Of a stretch of 38,965 nt of DNA, positions 19,146 to 31,378 are shown piece after piece. The position numbers were made by a program, and so were the translations under genes. Source of the DNA: Folioceros fuciformis. Its lineage: Eukaryota. The notes under the pieces are model-generated. The model was not told where the DNA came from. It did not search any database and saw only the letters and a list, made by a program, of their open reading frames with translations. The stretch lies in assembly GCA_049999805.1 (NCBI GenBank), contig JBNGIO010004078.1:1-38965 (forward strand), read 5' to 3'. Position 1 is the first letter of the stretch. Each line of letters starts with the position of its first letter.

Positions 19146-20403
19146 CGTCGTGTCCCAATGGCATGCAGGTAGTGCAAGACAGGAGGAGGCAACGGATAGT
19201 ATCGGCAAGCGGTGGCAAGGGAGATGGCCTCTTCATTTGGTTGCGGAGGTACACAGTTGCAAGGGAGGTCTAGCACTTGACCCCAAGCGGTTGGTGCTTC
19301 ATGGCAAATGGGAGAAGAGTATTTGCAAGACAGGCGTTCGATGGTTGGCCATGGACCATACGTTCCATGTGGCGCGTTTCTATGCTTTCGTACGATGTTA
19401 GATTTTGTCTCCGTGCCAAAAGTGCCTAAACTGGTTTGCTCAGATTTTCCGCAGTCTGGGGATCTGAAAGCAAAGCTGATTAGGGTTTCATCCTGGTAAT
19501 CCTGGCTTCATCTTGTTACAACTGGGTTCCAGACTTGTATAACCAGCTCTGCGGCCCGAGTAATACCTTTTGTTGATGGCCTCTGTTGCTCTCCGTTCTA
19601 TTGCGTTGGGACTGGGTGATGTACAGATGTACGTGACTGGAGAAACTTTGTATCCAGGATGCCTCCCATCAGACCAGATTCTTACCTTCTGAGGCGGGGA
19701 ATCCGTTTCACTTTACAGTCAGTCCCTTCGATTGATCGACACCTGAAAATCCGTTTTAGCCTTGCAGGCGGTGCTTTCTGGTTTGGTTAGAACCACCAAC
19801 CATCGTGGGCCTACAACCGTGCTGCTTCCTTTGAGGATTGCGAAAGCTGATAAAAGCGATTTGTAAATTGCTTTGGATAATCACCCGAGAAATGTTCCAG
19901 TTGCCGGCCCACCTCCCCGCACCCTGCCACAGCCATTGGAGCCTTCGGCAAGCACGTCTACTACGTAATGCTGATTAATCTACAAAGATATGTCACGACC
20001 TCTATCCACCAAAGACTCTCCACCAAAGGCTGCTTGCCACGTCGGTTGACGGACAGTGCCCGTGGTACATAGAAGGCGCACCGAATCTGAGGGATGTAGC
20101 AGCCAGTGTGAAGAATGCCTGTCTGCCCGAGATACAGTTGAACCTACCGAATGACAACGGCTTCACGGTAGAATGCGGATGGCATGTGGGGCTCGGGGCG
20201 GATCACGGCGTGCGATGGGTAGCCAGAAGAGTTCGCATTTGATTCACATGGTGTCGCTCCAGCAGATCCTGTGGATGGTTGCACTGGCTTAGAGGGCGCC
20301 CACAGCGATTGCCGGCCTTGCTCGTTGTCTGAGCTAGCTGTGGACCATGGTCAGCTTGAATCCAGGTCTGAACCGTTAAGATTGTGGGGGCGTGTGTCAT
20401 GTG

Positions 20404-23400
20404 ATGGCCAACATGACAGCAGGAGGCCCCTGTATGTGCCTAGCCAGTAGCACACGCGTCGCCAGCTTGTGGTCGCCGATGACATCGGTCTCGCGCTGTC
20501 TGTCTGGACCAGTTCCATGGCAGAGTTGTGTTCTCCAAACGAAGAAATGTGGAGGTTCCGAAAGCAGAATTTCAACAGGGATTGGAGTTGCACGCAATGT
20601 GGCGACAGTATCGAGTCCCAATGTAAGGCGCGGCCGATCTTCGCAAGTGGTGGACAGAGTTCGGCGTCCAGCCCCTCCCTGCAGTAGTGCATACAGTGGA
20701 CCTGGTAGAGGAAGTCCAAAGTATGCTTCCAGGCGTGGCGCAGATTCAGCAGGCAGGATAAGGAGCCAGATGTGCCCGCGCCTTGGCTCGATTCCATTGC
20801 GAAGATTAGGTTTTGTGCATATCTCAGGCGCTGTTCTTGATTGTAGATGCTTAGGTCACTTCCCAAGAAAATTTGGTGTAGCACCGTGCCCACTTGGAAC
20901 AGATTTCGAGCCTGCAGCTCTGGTAGCTAGTAAATCCTTGGATTATCGCAACACAAGGCATCCAAGGCGCTGTCCACCGACATTGTGTGAAATTTGGAAA
21001 TGTTCCAGGCCCAGTAATTCCCGGCGTGTGGTGAGGTTGGCTCCTCGTGCTAAAGATACTGGCTTGCCAACTTCAGGTCGCAGGGTCAGCTTTCAGCAGT
21101 CGAGCAGTGGGGTTGGCCGAAGGCAGAAGGCGTCCAGAAGACTTTGCCTGGCTACCGAAGACTCTTCCCTGGGGATTGATCATCCAAGCAGACAGTACTC
21201 GTTTGTGTCAAGGAGCAGGTCCATTGCATTTATTCTCCATGCTACTGAAAATGGGCAGTACAATGTCAGTTCCGATGGCAGGGACGGAACAGCGGCCAGA
21301 AAAGTGGTGGATGCCTCAGCAGAACTCTTCAATCTTGGGCTTCAAGGTGTGGCTGGAGAAGATTCGAGAGGGAAGCTGGCGGGGGGGCTCATGGATAGTG
21401 TATCATCTTCGACGGATGGCAACTTCAGTGACATTGCTACGGCTGCGATGAGAGCCACCATTCCTCGTGATACTAGGACCAGTGAACCTGTCGACGCTAC
21501 TGAAGCAGCAAGGTTGTCGAGCACGTCGAAGCCTGACAGCTACCCACCTTCACAAGCAGCCCCTGCTAATGCAGAGATAGAGGACGTAGTAGATGTGGTG
21601 GCACAAGCTGACAGGCTTTTGCGAAAGCTGGCAACAGCACCCAATGCAGATGCCGTGTTGTCACTGATCTCTGAAGTAGCTGGTGTGGAGGGCCGCGTCT
21701 TGAGCAATACAGAGTGTTCGGACCTGATCGTAGCTGCACTCGCAGAAAACAACGTAGAGTTAGCTTATTCAATACTTAATGGCATGCGCTCCAGCCTTTT
21801 GATACGAAGGCTTGACTCTGAAGAAGGTGAATCCTTGTTTGCTCGGAGGTTAGGGTTGCTTCGGTTGAAGGTTGCGGGTTCCTTTATCATGTTTCATTCC
21901 ACGGACTATGTTTTGTGCAGGTGGCCTTAGTGGTGAGAAAGACGGTTGCTGGAGATGGCCACAGGCAGACGTAACCACATATTCTGCTTTGGTTCGAGGT
22001 CTGGCTGCATCTCTGCGAGTATCAGATGCGCTAGAGAAAGTGGCTGATATACGGCGTCGTGGGGTTCCCTCTGGTGATGAGGTGTGTCTAGTTCTGTGTG
22101 GTGAAGCTGATGAGAGTGTTTGTAGCATACCTAAGCTAGATAACGGTATCCTCCTTGCGTGTGGGAAATGCCACGTTGACCTGTTCTCTAATTTCATCAA
22201 ACTTGTTGAATGAACTAGAAATGCCTGAACGCAATGCATCTGGAGAATGGACTCAGGAATGCTTGGTGTTCATCCTGTTGGGTCAAGGACACCACCTTGT
22301 GTGATAGCCGAAAATTGGCTACACTGCAGTTCTCACAAGGGATGGTTTAGATTCTGTATGCAGGTTCCTTTTGGGAAAGTTGTGATGTGCCCAACTTGTA
22401 AAACACCTCTTGCTGTTGTCCAGCCGCAGCATGGTATTCAGGTTAGTCATTGTGCTGAATGCTATCTCATTACCGACACCTGGTCGCGAGAGTGGGGCAC
22501 TGACATTGTCTAAATTTGCTGCAGCTGGTGCCCTGTGGAAAATGTCGATATCAGTACGAACTCATGTCGGGGGAGGTGGTTAGCTGTGAAAGTGAGTCTC
22601 TAAGGTAAGTTCGCAGTCATGAGAGACATTTGCTTCCGTGAATGAAATTTTGCCCGCTCACAATGTAAAGGACTTGCAGCGGAGATATGTCCATGTTCCA
22701 AAAAGGTGTACGAGTGTTGCGTTTCGGAAGCCGGGCTCCTGCAGCAGCTGTGCATGCAGTTGTGGTGAGCTTGCAGTCTGTTGAAGTGTACGCCAGCGTT
22801 TCCTGTCTGTCCGTCTGAGTTTTGAAGTTCTGTAACCATTGTTCATCTTTCGTGAAGGTAAGAACGCCAGGTGGTCTAGCACGAACACACAGATTTGCAA
22901 CAGCAACAGTAGATGTTCCTGCACAAGAGGGAGAGCGGGTCACAGTAGCTTTGGCAGCTCCAGCCTCAGCAGGGCGTGGCATTGGCCCCTTGAAATCCAG
23001 CACCAGAGCCCCAGGGTGGCGGCCAGATGAACCTATGGCGATCACAAATCATGTAACCGGGGCTGTGTCGGACTTAACGCGGGCCCCTCCTAAGTCTGGA
23101 AATGGAGCGTCGTTCGACACGTCTGTTCTGGTTCCTGCTGCAGTGTTGCTTGCTAGCAGTGATGCTGCCACGGCCCTGATCGACCCAACTCTTCCTCAAG
23201 TGATCGCCGTCGGGGCGGCTGCTGCAGTGGCCCTTGGTGGAGCTGCCAATGCCTTTGTCCTGCCCAAATTGAATCAGGTATGCTCACCGAAGTTACTTGG
23301 ATAAATTGCTTTAGTGTGGAGTACCCGGTTCTTCGCTACCTTGCGGAATGTCTCTTATGGAAATCAATACGCCCCCTCTGTTGGTAGCTCCCACAAAAAG

Positions 23401-24320
23401 CAGTGGACGCCACAGCTCTCAGGCAACAGTTGCTTTCTCAACATCAGAAACTGCAAGAACGGCTGGAAGAGCTCTCTCGTGCCGCCGCTGAAGAGGTATC
23501 ACAAACTTCCATCATTATTCCTGCAGTCCGCTCGCAAGACTTGTGAAATGTCTCATACATGGTTTGCTCTCACAGGTGCGAATGTTGGCTCGGATGTGCC
23601 AACTTCAGAACAAAATGGAAGCTGTGGGGATAGACACCTACAGGTGAATATCTTTCTAGTGAGCCATCGAGCAGTGAGGGGCCACCTCGTTTGCCTGGAA
23701 TTTCCGCTGACAGTCTTATTACTTCGGGAATGTAGTGCAAGGATTGCACGAGTGAAGAAGGCCAGAGAGGGTTTGGATGAACGACTGACGGCTCGACTTG
23801 AACTCATGGACAACTACGCCAAGGTGGATGTCCGATCCCGCTGCCTCGTTCTGCTGACATCAATTGTCCCCGGTGGTTGCCACCTTACTCAGAGTGTGTG
23901 TTTGCGTGTATCGCACGCAGGTTGCTTCCATGATTGAGATTGAAGTAGAGATGGATGTGGATGTTCTAGCTGCAGAGGACGCCGGTGCTGCGGTGAGATT
24001 GCTGATCGCGAAATGTCTCGCCTGCCATTTTTCTTGTGTTATCCCTCGATTTGTTCTGCATGCTGTGTTATCCCTTTCTGAAAGCTTGAATACTACCGTC
24101 ACGCAGGCAAGCATTGCAGAACAGATCGAACGATTGATGGAGGTGGAATCTCTTCAAGCGGTATTCATCTCTCAAAACCCTTGTGTTTAGCAAAATTGCA
24201 GTCGTACGGGGAAGCTAATTTTTTGTCGTGGTCGAACAGGAATGGAAATTACAAGCTGAAGTAAGTGATGAAGTGGAACGACTTCTACGATCTTCCCCCG
24301 CGCTGTCGGAGTCCTCTTAA
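20404..24320 (+). CDS. At1g64430-like conserved plant protein (PPR-like repeat, CxxC-CxxC segment, C-terminal coiled coil), probably plastid-targeted; 12 exons: 20404(start uncertain)-21826, 21921-22081, 22364-22441, 22525-22604, 22680-22764, 22858-23277, 23388-23495, 23576-23643, 23736-23823, 23921-23992, 24107-24160, 24240-24320
   Basis: GT-AG introns join DVTTYSALVRGLAASLRVSDAL, EVPFGKVVMCPTC..QPQHGIQLVPCGKCRYQYELMSG, VRTPGGLARTHRFATATVDVPAQEGERVT, RQQLLSQH, MLARMCQLQNKMEAVG, SMIEIEVEMDVDVLAAE and EWKLQAEVSDEVERLL into one frame. These match Arabidopsis At1g64430 motifs as recalled. Confidence 0.88.
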
Positions 24321-25330
24321 TTTTTTTTTTCCCTCCGTTTTCACTTTCACCTGCTTGATATTCATGCCCAGTGAGGTAAGGATTGGTAAGCAGGTGTTTT
24401 CGTATTGGACTTTGTATCATATTTGGTGCACATGTGACATATCGTAACAGTTACCCAAGGTCGACTGAAATCCAGCACATTTATCAGTTATCGTGTCTTG
24501 AAAAAAGACAGAACAGGTTGTTGCACTAACAAAGAGCGCCAAGTTGAAACTATCTAGCGAGGGATGGAGGGGAAGTTCTCGGTGCTCTACAAGATTGGCT
24601 TGACAAGATTTGTGAAGTAACATTTCCGTGTTTCTGCGATGACGAAGACATTCCTGAACAAGTCTCACGCAAACAACGGAACAAAAAAAAAGAATCAATC
24701 GCGATCTGTCCGAATCGTCGATAAAGCTTTTGAGCAGTTTTCAACACGCAGCCAAACGGACGACGATTTGGGACAGCCCAAAGATAAACGTTGCTGACAA
24801 GTTTCTTCCAAACTACGCGCTACACATTCGTAAACAGTCGGACCAACAGTGATGGTAACATTAGAACGGATCCCTACATATCAAAGCTATAATCAGGCGT
24901 AGTACAGCAGCCGCATAAAATATTCCTCGGAGGGAAATATTTCAAGTAATCTTGCACCTCCGGCCATTCAGCCAAAGCTATGAAGGACAAAGGATGCGAT
25001 TGCAGCTGTGCGCTACTTACCAGAGCGGGAAAAAAAAACACCCACCATCGCACTGCAGACATTTGCAGGTGCAAACTTGCTGACACTACCAAGCTGGTAC
25101 CTCGCCTTTCATGGTTCACCTCAAAGATTTGCAATACCCCCACCCCTCCTCCTCCTCTGTTACTGTTACAACCGAGGGCAAGCTGCAACCCAGAGCAAGC
25201 TGCAACCCATCTGATTGCTCTGGCTTCCACGACCTGAGAGCAGAAGGTGAGGTTGCGGTAGGAGCAGTAGCCCTGCTTAAGGAGTGTCCAAGAACCCGAT
25301 AACTACCATTCGATCCGTGCTCCTCCCCTG

Positions 25331-26422
25331 CTACGCCGTGACGCCATCCGGGTGCACTAGAGCGGATATGGACAACTTCTTGCTCACAGACTGGGCGTCC
25401 GCAGGCCTACGGAACTTCCACCTCGACACCCAAGACAAGTTCACCGCCGACTGCAGATTAGCGGCACTGGAATCAGGAGCGGCAGCAGCCCTCCCACTCC
25501 TGCTGCTCAAGATCCCGCTCCTGTTTGAAACATCCTCTCCCGACGTCGATTTCCGGCCAGCTCCCCTCACCGGCGAGTCAGTTGAAGTCCTCCTCCTCTC
25601 CCCCGCCGCGCCTGCCATCATCCAGGAGGCAGTCCCATTGGCATTCGACCTCTTCACTCCCCGGACTCCCGCACTTTCAGAAACTCCACCCTCCACAGCA
25701 CCGGTATCGAAACCTCTAGACCTCCCCGACTTGGACTTGCCGAAATGTCCACTCAACGAGCTCTTGAAATCAGAGCGCGCACAGTATTGATGCACGACCT
25801 CCACTGTCGAGAACCTCCGGCTGCCTTCCCCACTCGCACTCCCCCTGTCCGAGAAGGAATTCCGGGCGCTGGTAGTGCCCACCTCGGAGCCGGCCCCGCT
25901 CTTGTTCTCCTTCCTGGTGCCCACCCTCGGAAGCCCCTCCTTCAGCGCCGAAAGAGGTGCGGAAGCCCTGTGCTGCTTAGCCGCCCACACCACCTTCACA
26001 GGCCCTGCCGAGGCCGCCTGCCCCGGCGCTTTCTTGCTCCTCCCAGCCTTATTGTCCCCGGCCCCCGGACTGACAGCCTCCGGGCTCTCCCCCCCCCGCG
26101 AGCTGGCCTGCTCCGCGGCCGCCAGCCTCGTCAAACACACCGTCAAGCAAAGGGGACATACCCCCACCAGGACCCCCGCCTCCGGATGCTTCCGACACCT
26201 GGACGCCATGAAGTCCTCGTCGTCAGAGCTGTCTGCGTCCGACTGCTCCCCGTTGCTCCGGTACTCCTTCAAACTAGCAATCGCTCGCCTGATTTCAAAC
26301 AAGGAATCCTCATCAGATTGGTGCCTGCTGGCATCATACGCGGCATTCACGATCGCTTTTATGACGAACGTGGAGATGGACTTAAGCTTGATCCTCTTCC
26401 ACGTCAAGCTTCCTAGCGCCAT
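25331..26422 (-). CDS. DUF740/OCTOPUS-like protein, 363 aa, single exon
   Basis: ATG-to-TAG ORF containing CRKHP...VGVCPLCL..CLTRL, which matches the C.kHP...GvC..CL.erL motif, followed by a Ser/Gly/Arg-rich low-complexity tail. Confidence 0.68.
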   Translation of the reverse strand: MALGSLTWKRIKLKSISTFVIKAIVNAAYDASRHQSDEDSLFEIRRAIASLKEYRSNGEQSDADSSDDEDFMASRCRKHPEAGVLVGVCPLCLTVCLTRLAAAEQASSRGGESPEAVSPGAGDNKAGRSKKAPGQAASAGPVKVVWAAKQHRASAPLSALKEGLPRVGTRKENKSGAGSEVGTTSARNSFSDRGSASGEGSRRFSTVEVVHQYCARSDFKSSLSGHFGKSKSGRSRGFDTGAVEGGVSESAGVRGVKRSNANGTASWMMAGAAGERRRTSTDSPVRGAGRKSTSGEDVSNRSGILSSRSGRAAAAPDSSAANLQSAVNLSWVSRWKFRRPADAQSVSKKLSISALVHPDGVTA

Positions 26423-29337
26423 TCATATCCTCGAGCACGGGCAAGCACGCTGGCAGGCAGCTGAGGTGGGAGACAGGCGAACAAGAGAGTGGGGAGAGTC
26501 GGCAGGGACAGAAAGAAGACAGACGGACGGACAGACAGACTCCTTTCCTTCGTCTACCCTCTCCCCGGCCTTACCCCGCCTTAAAGCTTACGCAGCGCGA
26601 GTTTGCTCCCCACTTATACTACACTCTCTCCCAGCCTCACCACACACAAACACAAAAGCGATCGGATCCCGCCCAGCTGGCGCCGGGGAGACGTTACCGT
26701 GCAGCAACCGAGGCCAGGAATTTGGTGGCACAGACAGGCACCGAATCCTGGCCTCGATGGGGGCCGACAGCAGCCTGCCGTCAGGGCAGAGAGCAGGAAG
26801 CTGCTGCGAAAGAGAAGACGACGCCCTCGAAACATGGGCCGGGAGTGCCTATGGTGAGGTAAACGCTTCTTCTTCAACGGACCACGCAAAAAGGAGCTCG
26901 CCCACGACGCCCCCGGCTGACAACCAAGTCCAAGGTCCAGACGCATCCATGCACAGACACGCTTTTACTACGTCACTCCCAAGCCCGGGCAGCAGCTGGA
27001 CCCCAGGCCTCAGCACGTACAGTACATACTCAGGAGAGGAGAAGACAAGAGAAAAGGCATTAACTCCATCGACATCTCCATCAGCGGATTTAATATGACA
27101 CATCACATATCGAGCTGCTGAGCACACTATTCACCTGTCCGTGGAAGAAGAGCACAGAGACACACACACAAGGAACAGGAGAACAGCACAGAGATTACTA
27201 GACGGGGAAACGGGAGCGGGCGCTGGAGCGCGCGAACTCTGTGTGAATCGGAGCCGGATAACCGTATCCCGTGCGGTTTACAAGAAACTGCCGGAGCAGC
27301 CGATCGCACGGCGACAGAGGAGATGCGGCGCGTCCGTCAGAGCGGCCGGGCGTACAGGCCTCCTCCCTCTCGGCTCCACCCTGCCCTGCTCCTCCCCTTT
27401 CTGGGGAGTGTGTGGGCGGAGGCCCGGGAGCGGGAGGCTCAATCGTCCAGTGGGCCCCGCAGGTCCAGATACCCGAGCCTTGAGCCTTGCCCTCTCTACC
27501 GTCGCCATGCGCGGAGGAGGAGGAGGACGAGGGGGCGTCGCACCACCTGGCAGGAGAGCAGAAAAAAATATTCGGAATATGGGATAACTCGGCCTACGGA
27601 ATGTCTCTTGGGAAGTGGAGGGCCTCTCCGCGTAGTAGCGAGGAATAGGCTGCTGGTTGCGGAGTGCGCGCAGTCCCGTGGCCCGTGTCCTGTCGTGTCT
27701 TGCATGCACAGTTGGGATGCCGGGAGTACAGTGCCCCGCCGGGTCCCCGGCTCCACCAGCCACTCATGTTGCGGTCACCGGTCGAGCAGGGCCATGCGGG
27801 ACTTTGGAATAGGAGAGGCGAAGACACGGCTCGCGACTCCTGACGACCTACCAGTCGTGACGACCTACCAGACTGGCCAGGCGGGCCGGGGTATTGCAGT
27901 GCCGTGGTCGCTCGGCAGGCGGCGAGGCAGGAGGATAAAATATCACGACTCCCATTCCCGACTCCCCCTCCGCCTCCGCCTCCAGCTTTGTTTGTTGTCA
28001 TGTACAGTACGTAGGGTTGGAAAAAGGAGAGCAGGCCACGAGCAGGCAGGCAGCACGCTGGCGTCTTCTGCGGCAGCGGACACAAGATGAGCACGATTTC
28101 TCGGGGCACGAGCCCCGCCCCCGAGGTTTGCGTTGCCAGTATTCCATTTTTTTTAGGGTTTCACTGTAGCCACGGCCAGTGGTGCCAGCGACGCGCATCG
28201 TTGATTGCAGAGGATGCATCCTTCATGAGGGAGAATGCCGTCCAATGTATGTATCGATGATCATGTATGGAGGGACGGACAGGAGGAATAGTCGGCGGGA
28301 CGCCAGCTCGAAGCTCTGCTCGCAACGGCGATGGAGCACCGGGATGACGCTGGGCAGGGGGGATGCTCCACGCGCTCACCTTGGCACTCACTACATATAC
28401 TAGTCTGATTCAAGTTTACAGCAGCGGCATTGAAGGAGGGAAGTTTTGGAGGTCCCCACAGACCTAGGACCATGCAACCACAGAGGTGACTACTTGCGTA
28501 CCAGCTCTGCACAGCCGGGGGCCCGGGCCACCAGAAGCGGACTGTCAACAGTACGCATGCGGTATCTGATGTTCTGGGACATTGGACATCTCAACGACGG
28601 AGATCCGGGTCCCATATAGTGTTGTATTTTTGTATGCGTGGGAGTGATTGGTGCACGGAGAAGACGTCCCTGGCTGCACCCCTTTCACAGGACATGGCTA
28701 GGGTGTGGCTACGGCGGATTGAGGATAAGCGCGCGTATGTATGTATACGTACGAACCGGTTTGCTTCTTCTATTTCTGTATAACTGCCTCTTCTTGATCT
28801 CCAAGGACCACCTCATAGCTGGCCTGGGATTTTCCGTGGTGTGCCTGCAGGCGGTCGTGCGTGCAACGATGCCTCAAAAAGTGTTCTCACATCGGAGATA
28901 AATACAACACGATTGCACTCAACTGCCGTGCCTGCATGCCCCCCTAGAAGCCTCTCATATGTACGTGTTCATACGCGACGCGCGAATCACTGTCGTCCGC
29001 ACAAGTTGGGAAGTCCTTACCGTAGATATTACATGTTTGGAATGCACGCACCATGTTTATGTTTCAGAGAATTTAAAAACGTTATGCACATCCGTTCACT
29101 TTTGTTTTCTTGCATTAAAGTTACTTTGAGTACAGGTGCTTATAGAGTGTAAGTAGCTATTACCACAACAAACGACTTTTTTTATTATTAAAAATATGGA
29201 ACAATGAACTAATAAATAAATCATATTTCTCCAAACACGCTTCACAATAGTGAGCAACATATCTTATGGACTAATCCCTTCATTTGGGGGTTTCAAACTT
29301 GTGCAAAATGGAGCTGGTATGGAAGTACGAACCAAGA

Positions 29338-29395
29338 TGTATCCGACGAGTATTCGTAAGGAAATATTGTATCCGACGAGTATTCGTAAGGAAAT
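29338..29395. repeat. Perfect 28-bp direct repeat (TGTATCCGACGAGTATTCGTAAGGAAAT) x2, period 30 bp
   Basis: Copies at 29338-29365 and 29368-29395, about 200 bp upstream of the Harbinger transposase start. Confidence 0.95.
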
Positions 29396-29593
29396 GCGAG
29401 CTAATATTGCAAAATCATATCCAGCAGGGTCGCACCTACTGGATTTGTATATCAGCCCTGGATGGCTCACGATATCAGCTGGCGTTGCCGAGACAGGAAA
29501 CTGCAATCCCATTTGCTGGGATAGCTTGCGCGCACGCTTCAACCAGAAACCCAAGTTTGGGTTGTGGTCGCTGCGGAATAAAGGAGAACAATC

Positions 29594-30823
29594 ATGCCTT
29601 ACAAGTCTGAGAGGCAAGAGTTTTTGAGCGACCTTTCCAGATGGATTGCGTTCGCCTTTGTTGAGAACTCATCCTTCGAATCCTCATCCTCCGAATCGTC
29701 TAATGGAGATAAGGCTGTTGACCTTTTCTTTTTTTTCTTGTGCCTCTCGCTATTTGTCCACTCGAGAGCCCAAACATCGTCCTGTGCACTTCTTTCTCAA
29801 TTCTTTCACCATGATTGCTAACGAGGAATTTAGGCAACTATTTCGCACCTCCCATCGGGGCTTCGTGTCACTCTTCACAGTCCTTAAGGGTCATCCGGTT
29901 TTCAACAATGGGTCTCAGTGTTCCCAAGCAGCTCCGGCTTGGCAATTGGCTTTGACCCTATGTAGGTTGGGCGCTAATGGCAATGGAGCTAATGTCAGCA
30001 AGATGCAAGCCATATTTGGGGTTGGGGTAGGAACTGTTTGCCTATTTACCAAATGAGTGATAGAAGCTATACTTGCTCAATTTGATGGTTGGCTAGAGTG
30101 GCCTGTTGTAGGAAGACGTCGAGAGCTTGGACGTGTCATGCAAGAGGAAGGTTTCCTAGGCTGTGTGGGTTTTATAGACGGCACCACATTACCACTATCA
30201 CAAAAACCAGGTGTGGATGGCGAAGTGTAAATTGACCATAAAAGAAGGTATGCTACAATATGTGTTTCGAGGGCATGTTGTAACCCAAGACACGAGTACT
30301 AAGCTTGCACTACCTCTCTTTGCCAGGTATTTCATCAACATGCAAGCGGTTTGCGATGTTGACAAACAAATCACTGCCCTACATGTGGGTTGTTTTGGTC
30401 GGTGTGCAGACTCGTTTGTGTTCCACCGGGTGAAACTATACAAGGATTCGCAAACTCACTTTTCAGCAGGGGAGTACATACTTGCAGATTCTGCCTACGG
30501 TTTGTCTACCAACTGTATACCTGCATACAAGGCTCATGCTTCAAATGTGCTGGAAAATGCAGAATTCAATTTTTGCCTTGCCAAAAGTAGAGTTAAGAAT
30601 GAGCACTGCATAGGTATTTTGAAATGTCGTTGGGCCTCCCTTTTGAGAAATGAGGCAGCAGATAAGATGACCTCAGGATATGCGGGAGGTAGTCCGTAGG
30701 GTTGCAACATGTTGTGTTCTTCATAACATGTTAGCTTGCCTTGGTGATACATGGACAAACATGTTTCTGGTGAAGTTGTTGGGGCTAGTACCATTCACGC
30801 TAAGAGTTTTCGTATGTCTTTGA
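29594..30823 (+). pseudogene. PIF/Harbinger (HARBI1-like, DDE_Tnp_4) transposase with stops, frameshifts and one intron (30248-30326)
   Basis: Motifs EEFRQLFRTS, HPVF, QLALTLCRLGANGNG, GVGTV, WP, GFLGCVGFIDGT, KRR|YFINMQAVCD, YILADSAY, FNFCLAKSRVKNEHCIGILKCRWASL and CCVLHNML. Confidence 0.9.
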
Positions 30824-30975
30824 AGATGATTACTCTTCAAACAAATTACGAAAGTGGAATTCTTCCTTTGTCTCGTCGACCAGAAGCATGAAGATATTAT
30901 TTGCCACAACGTTTGCAAGCCTAATTTGGTTTTGTTGTCCTCAAGCACCTAGAAGGGAAGCTATATTTCTGCCAA

Positions 30976-31122
30976 TCAAATGAACTTTAGCATATGGTCC
31001 AATTGCTCGCTGTCGTAGCCCTTTTCAACGTCCGTCTAAATGAGCAACAGTTTTTGTATCCTCAAATGCTCATTAGTCTCCTCCTTACGTTGTTGCCGTG
31101 CTCCTCTTTCCGATCTGCCCTC
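30976..31122 (-). pseudogene. Probable C-terminal remnant of the Harbinger accessory ORF, cut by the Copia-1 LTR
   Basis: Minus strand reads GRSERGARQQRKEETNEHLRIQKLLLI*TDVEKGYDSEQLDHMLKFI*. This charged helical tail converges on the transposase and stops abruptly at the AT-rich LTR start. Confidence 0.4.
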
Positions 31123-31377
31123 TATAGAAATATAAAATTAGGAATCAATTTTATATTAAATAGCCAGCCTTAGGTTTATTTATTAAATTAGGCGAAACGT
31201 TATAGTTATGAAATGGTATGTCGTTTCATACCGTCGTGACCGAACCCTAAGCGACGTTTTCACTCACGTGAACAGTCGTACCTCCACAGACCTCCACGAA
31301 CCTGCCTCAAGAGCAGCCTGGTCATGGCAATCGTAATTTTTCATTCTTTCCTCTACGCCTACCGATCAGCTTGCTTA
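31123..31377 (+). repeat. Putative 5' LTR of Copia-1 (ends approximate)
   Basis: AT-rich segment that ends just before the PBS. Its termini read TA...TA rather than TG...CA, consistent with transition decay. The partner LTR is not in the window. Confidence 0.45.
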
Positions 31378-31378
31378 A

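Larger units (their letters stand above)
29250..31122 (+). mobile_element. PIF/Harbinger DNA transposon, degenerate; right part interrupted by Copia-1, left boundary approximate
   Basis: Contains a DDE transposase pseudogene on plus and a convergent accessory-ORF tail on minus. No clear TIR was identified. Confidence 0.75.

Noticed and set aside
20578-20630. RDWSCTQCGD resembling a RanBP2-type zinc finger
   Set aside because: It lacks the Asn and the second CxxC pair, and it lies out of frame within the At1g64430-like first exon.
25178-25209. 15-bp direct repeat GCAAGCTGCAACCCA x2
   Set aside because: A short slippage duplication downstream of the DUF740-like gene with no further structure.
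25745-28110. Long plus-strand ORFs (407, 255 and 223 aa) and overlapping minus ORFs
   Set aside because: GC-rich antisense or upstream sequence of the DUF740-like gene, low complexity, with no recognisable domain.
29031-29241. Imperfect inverted repeat ACATGTTTGGA / TCCAAACACGC around an AT-rich 200 bp, like a Tourist MITE
   Set aside because: Only a 9/11 match and no matching 3-bp TSD; not supportable without other genomic copies.
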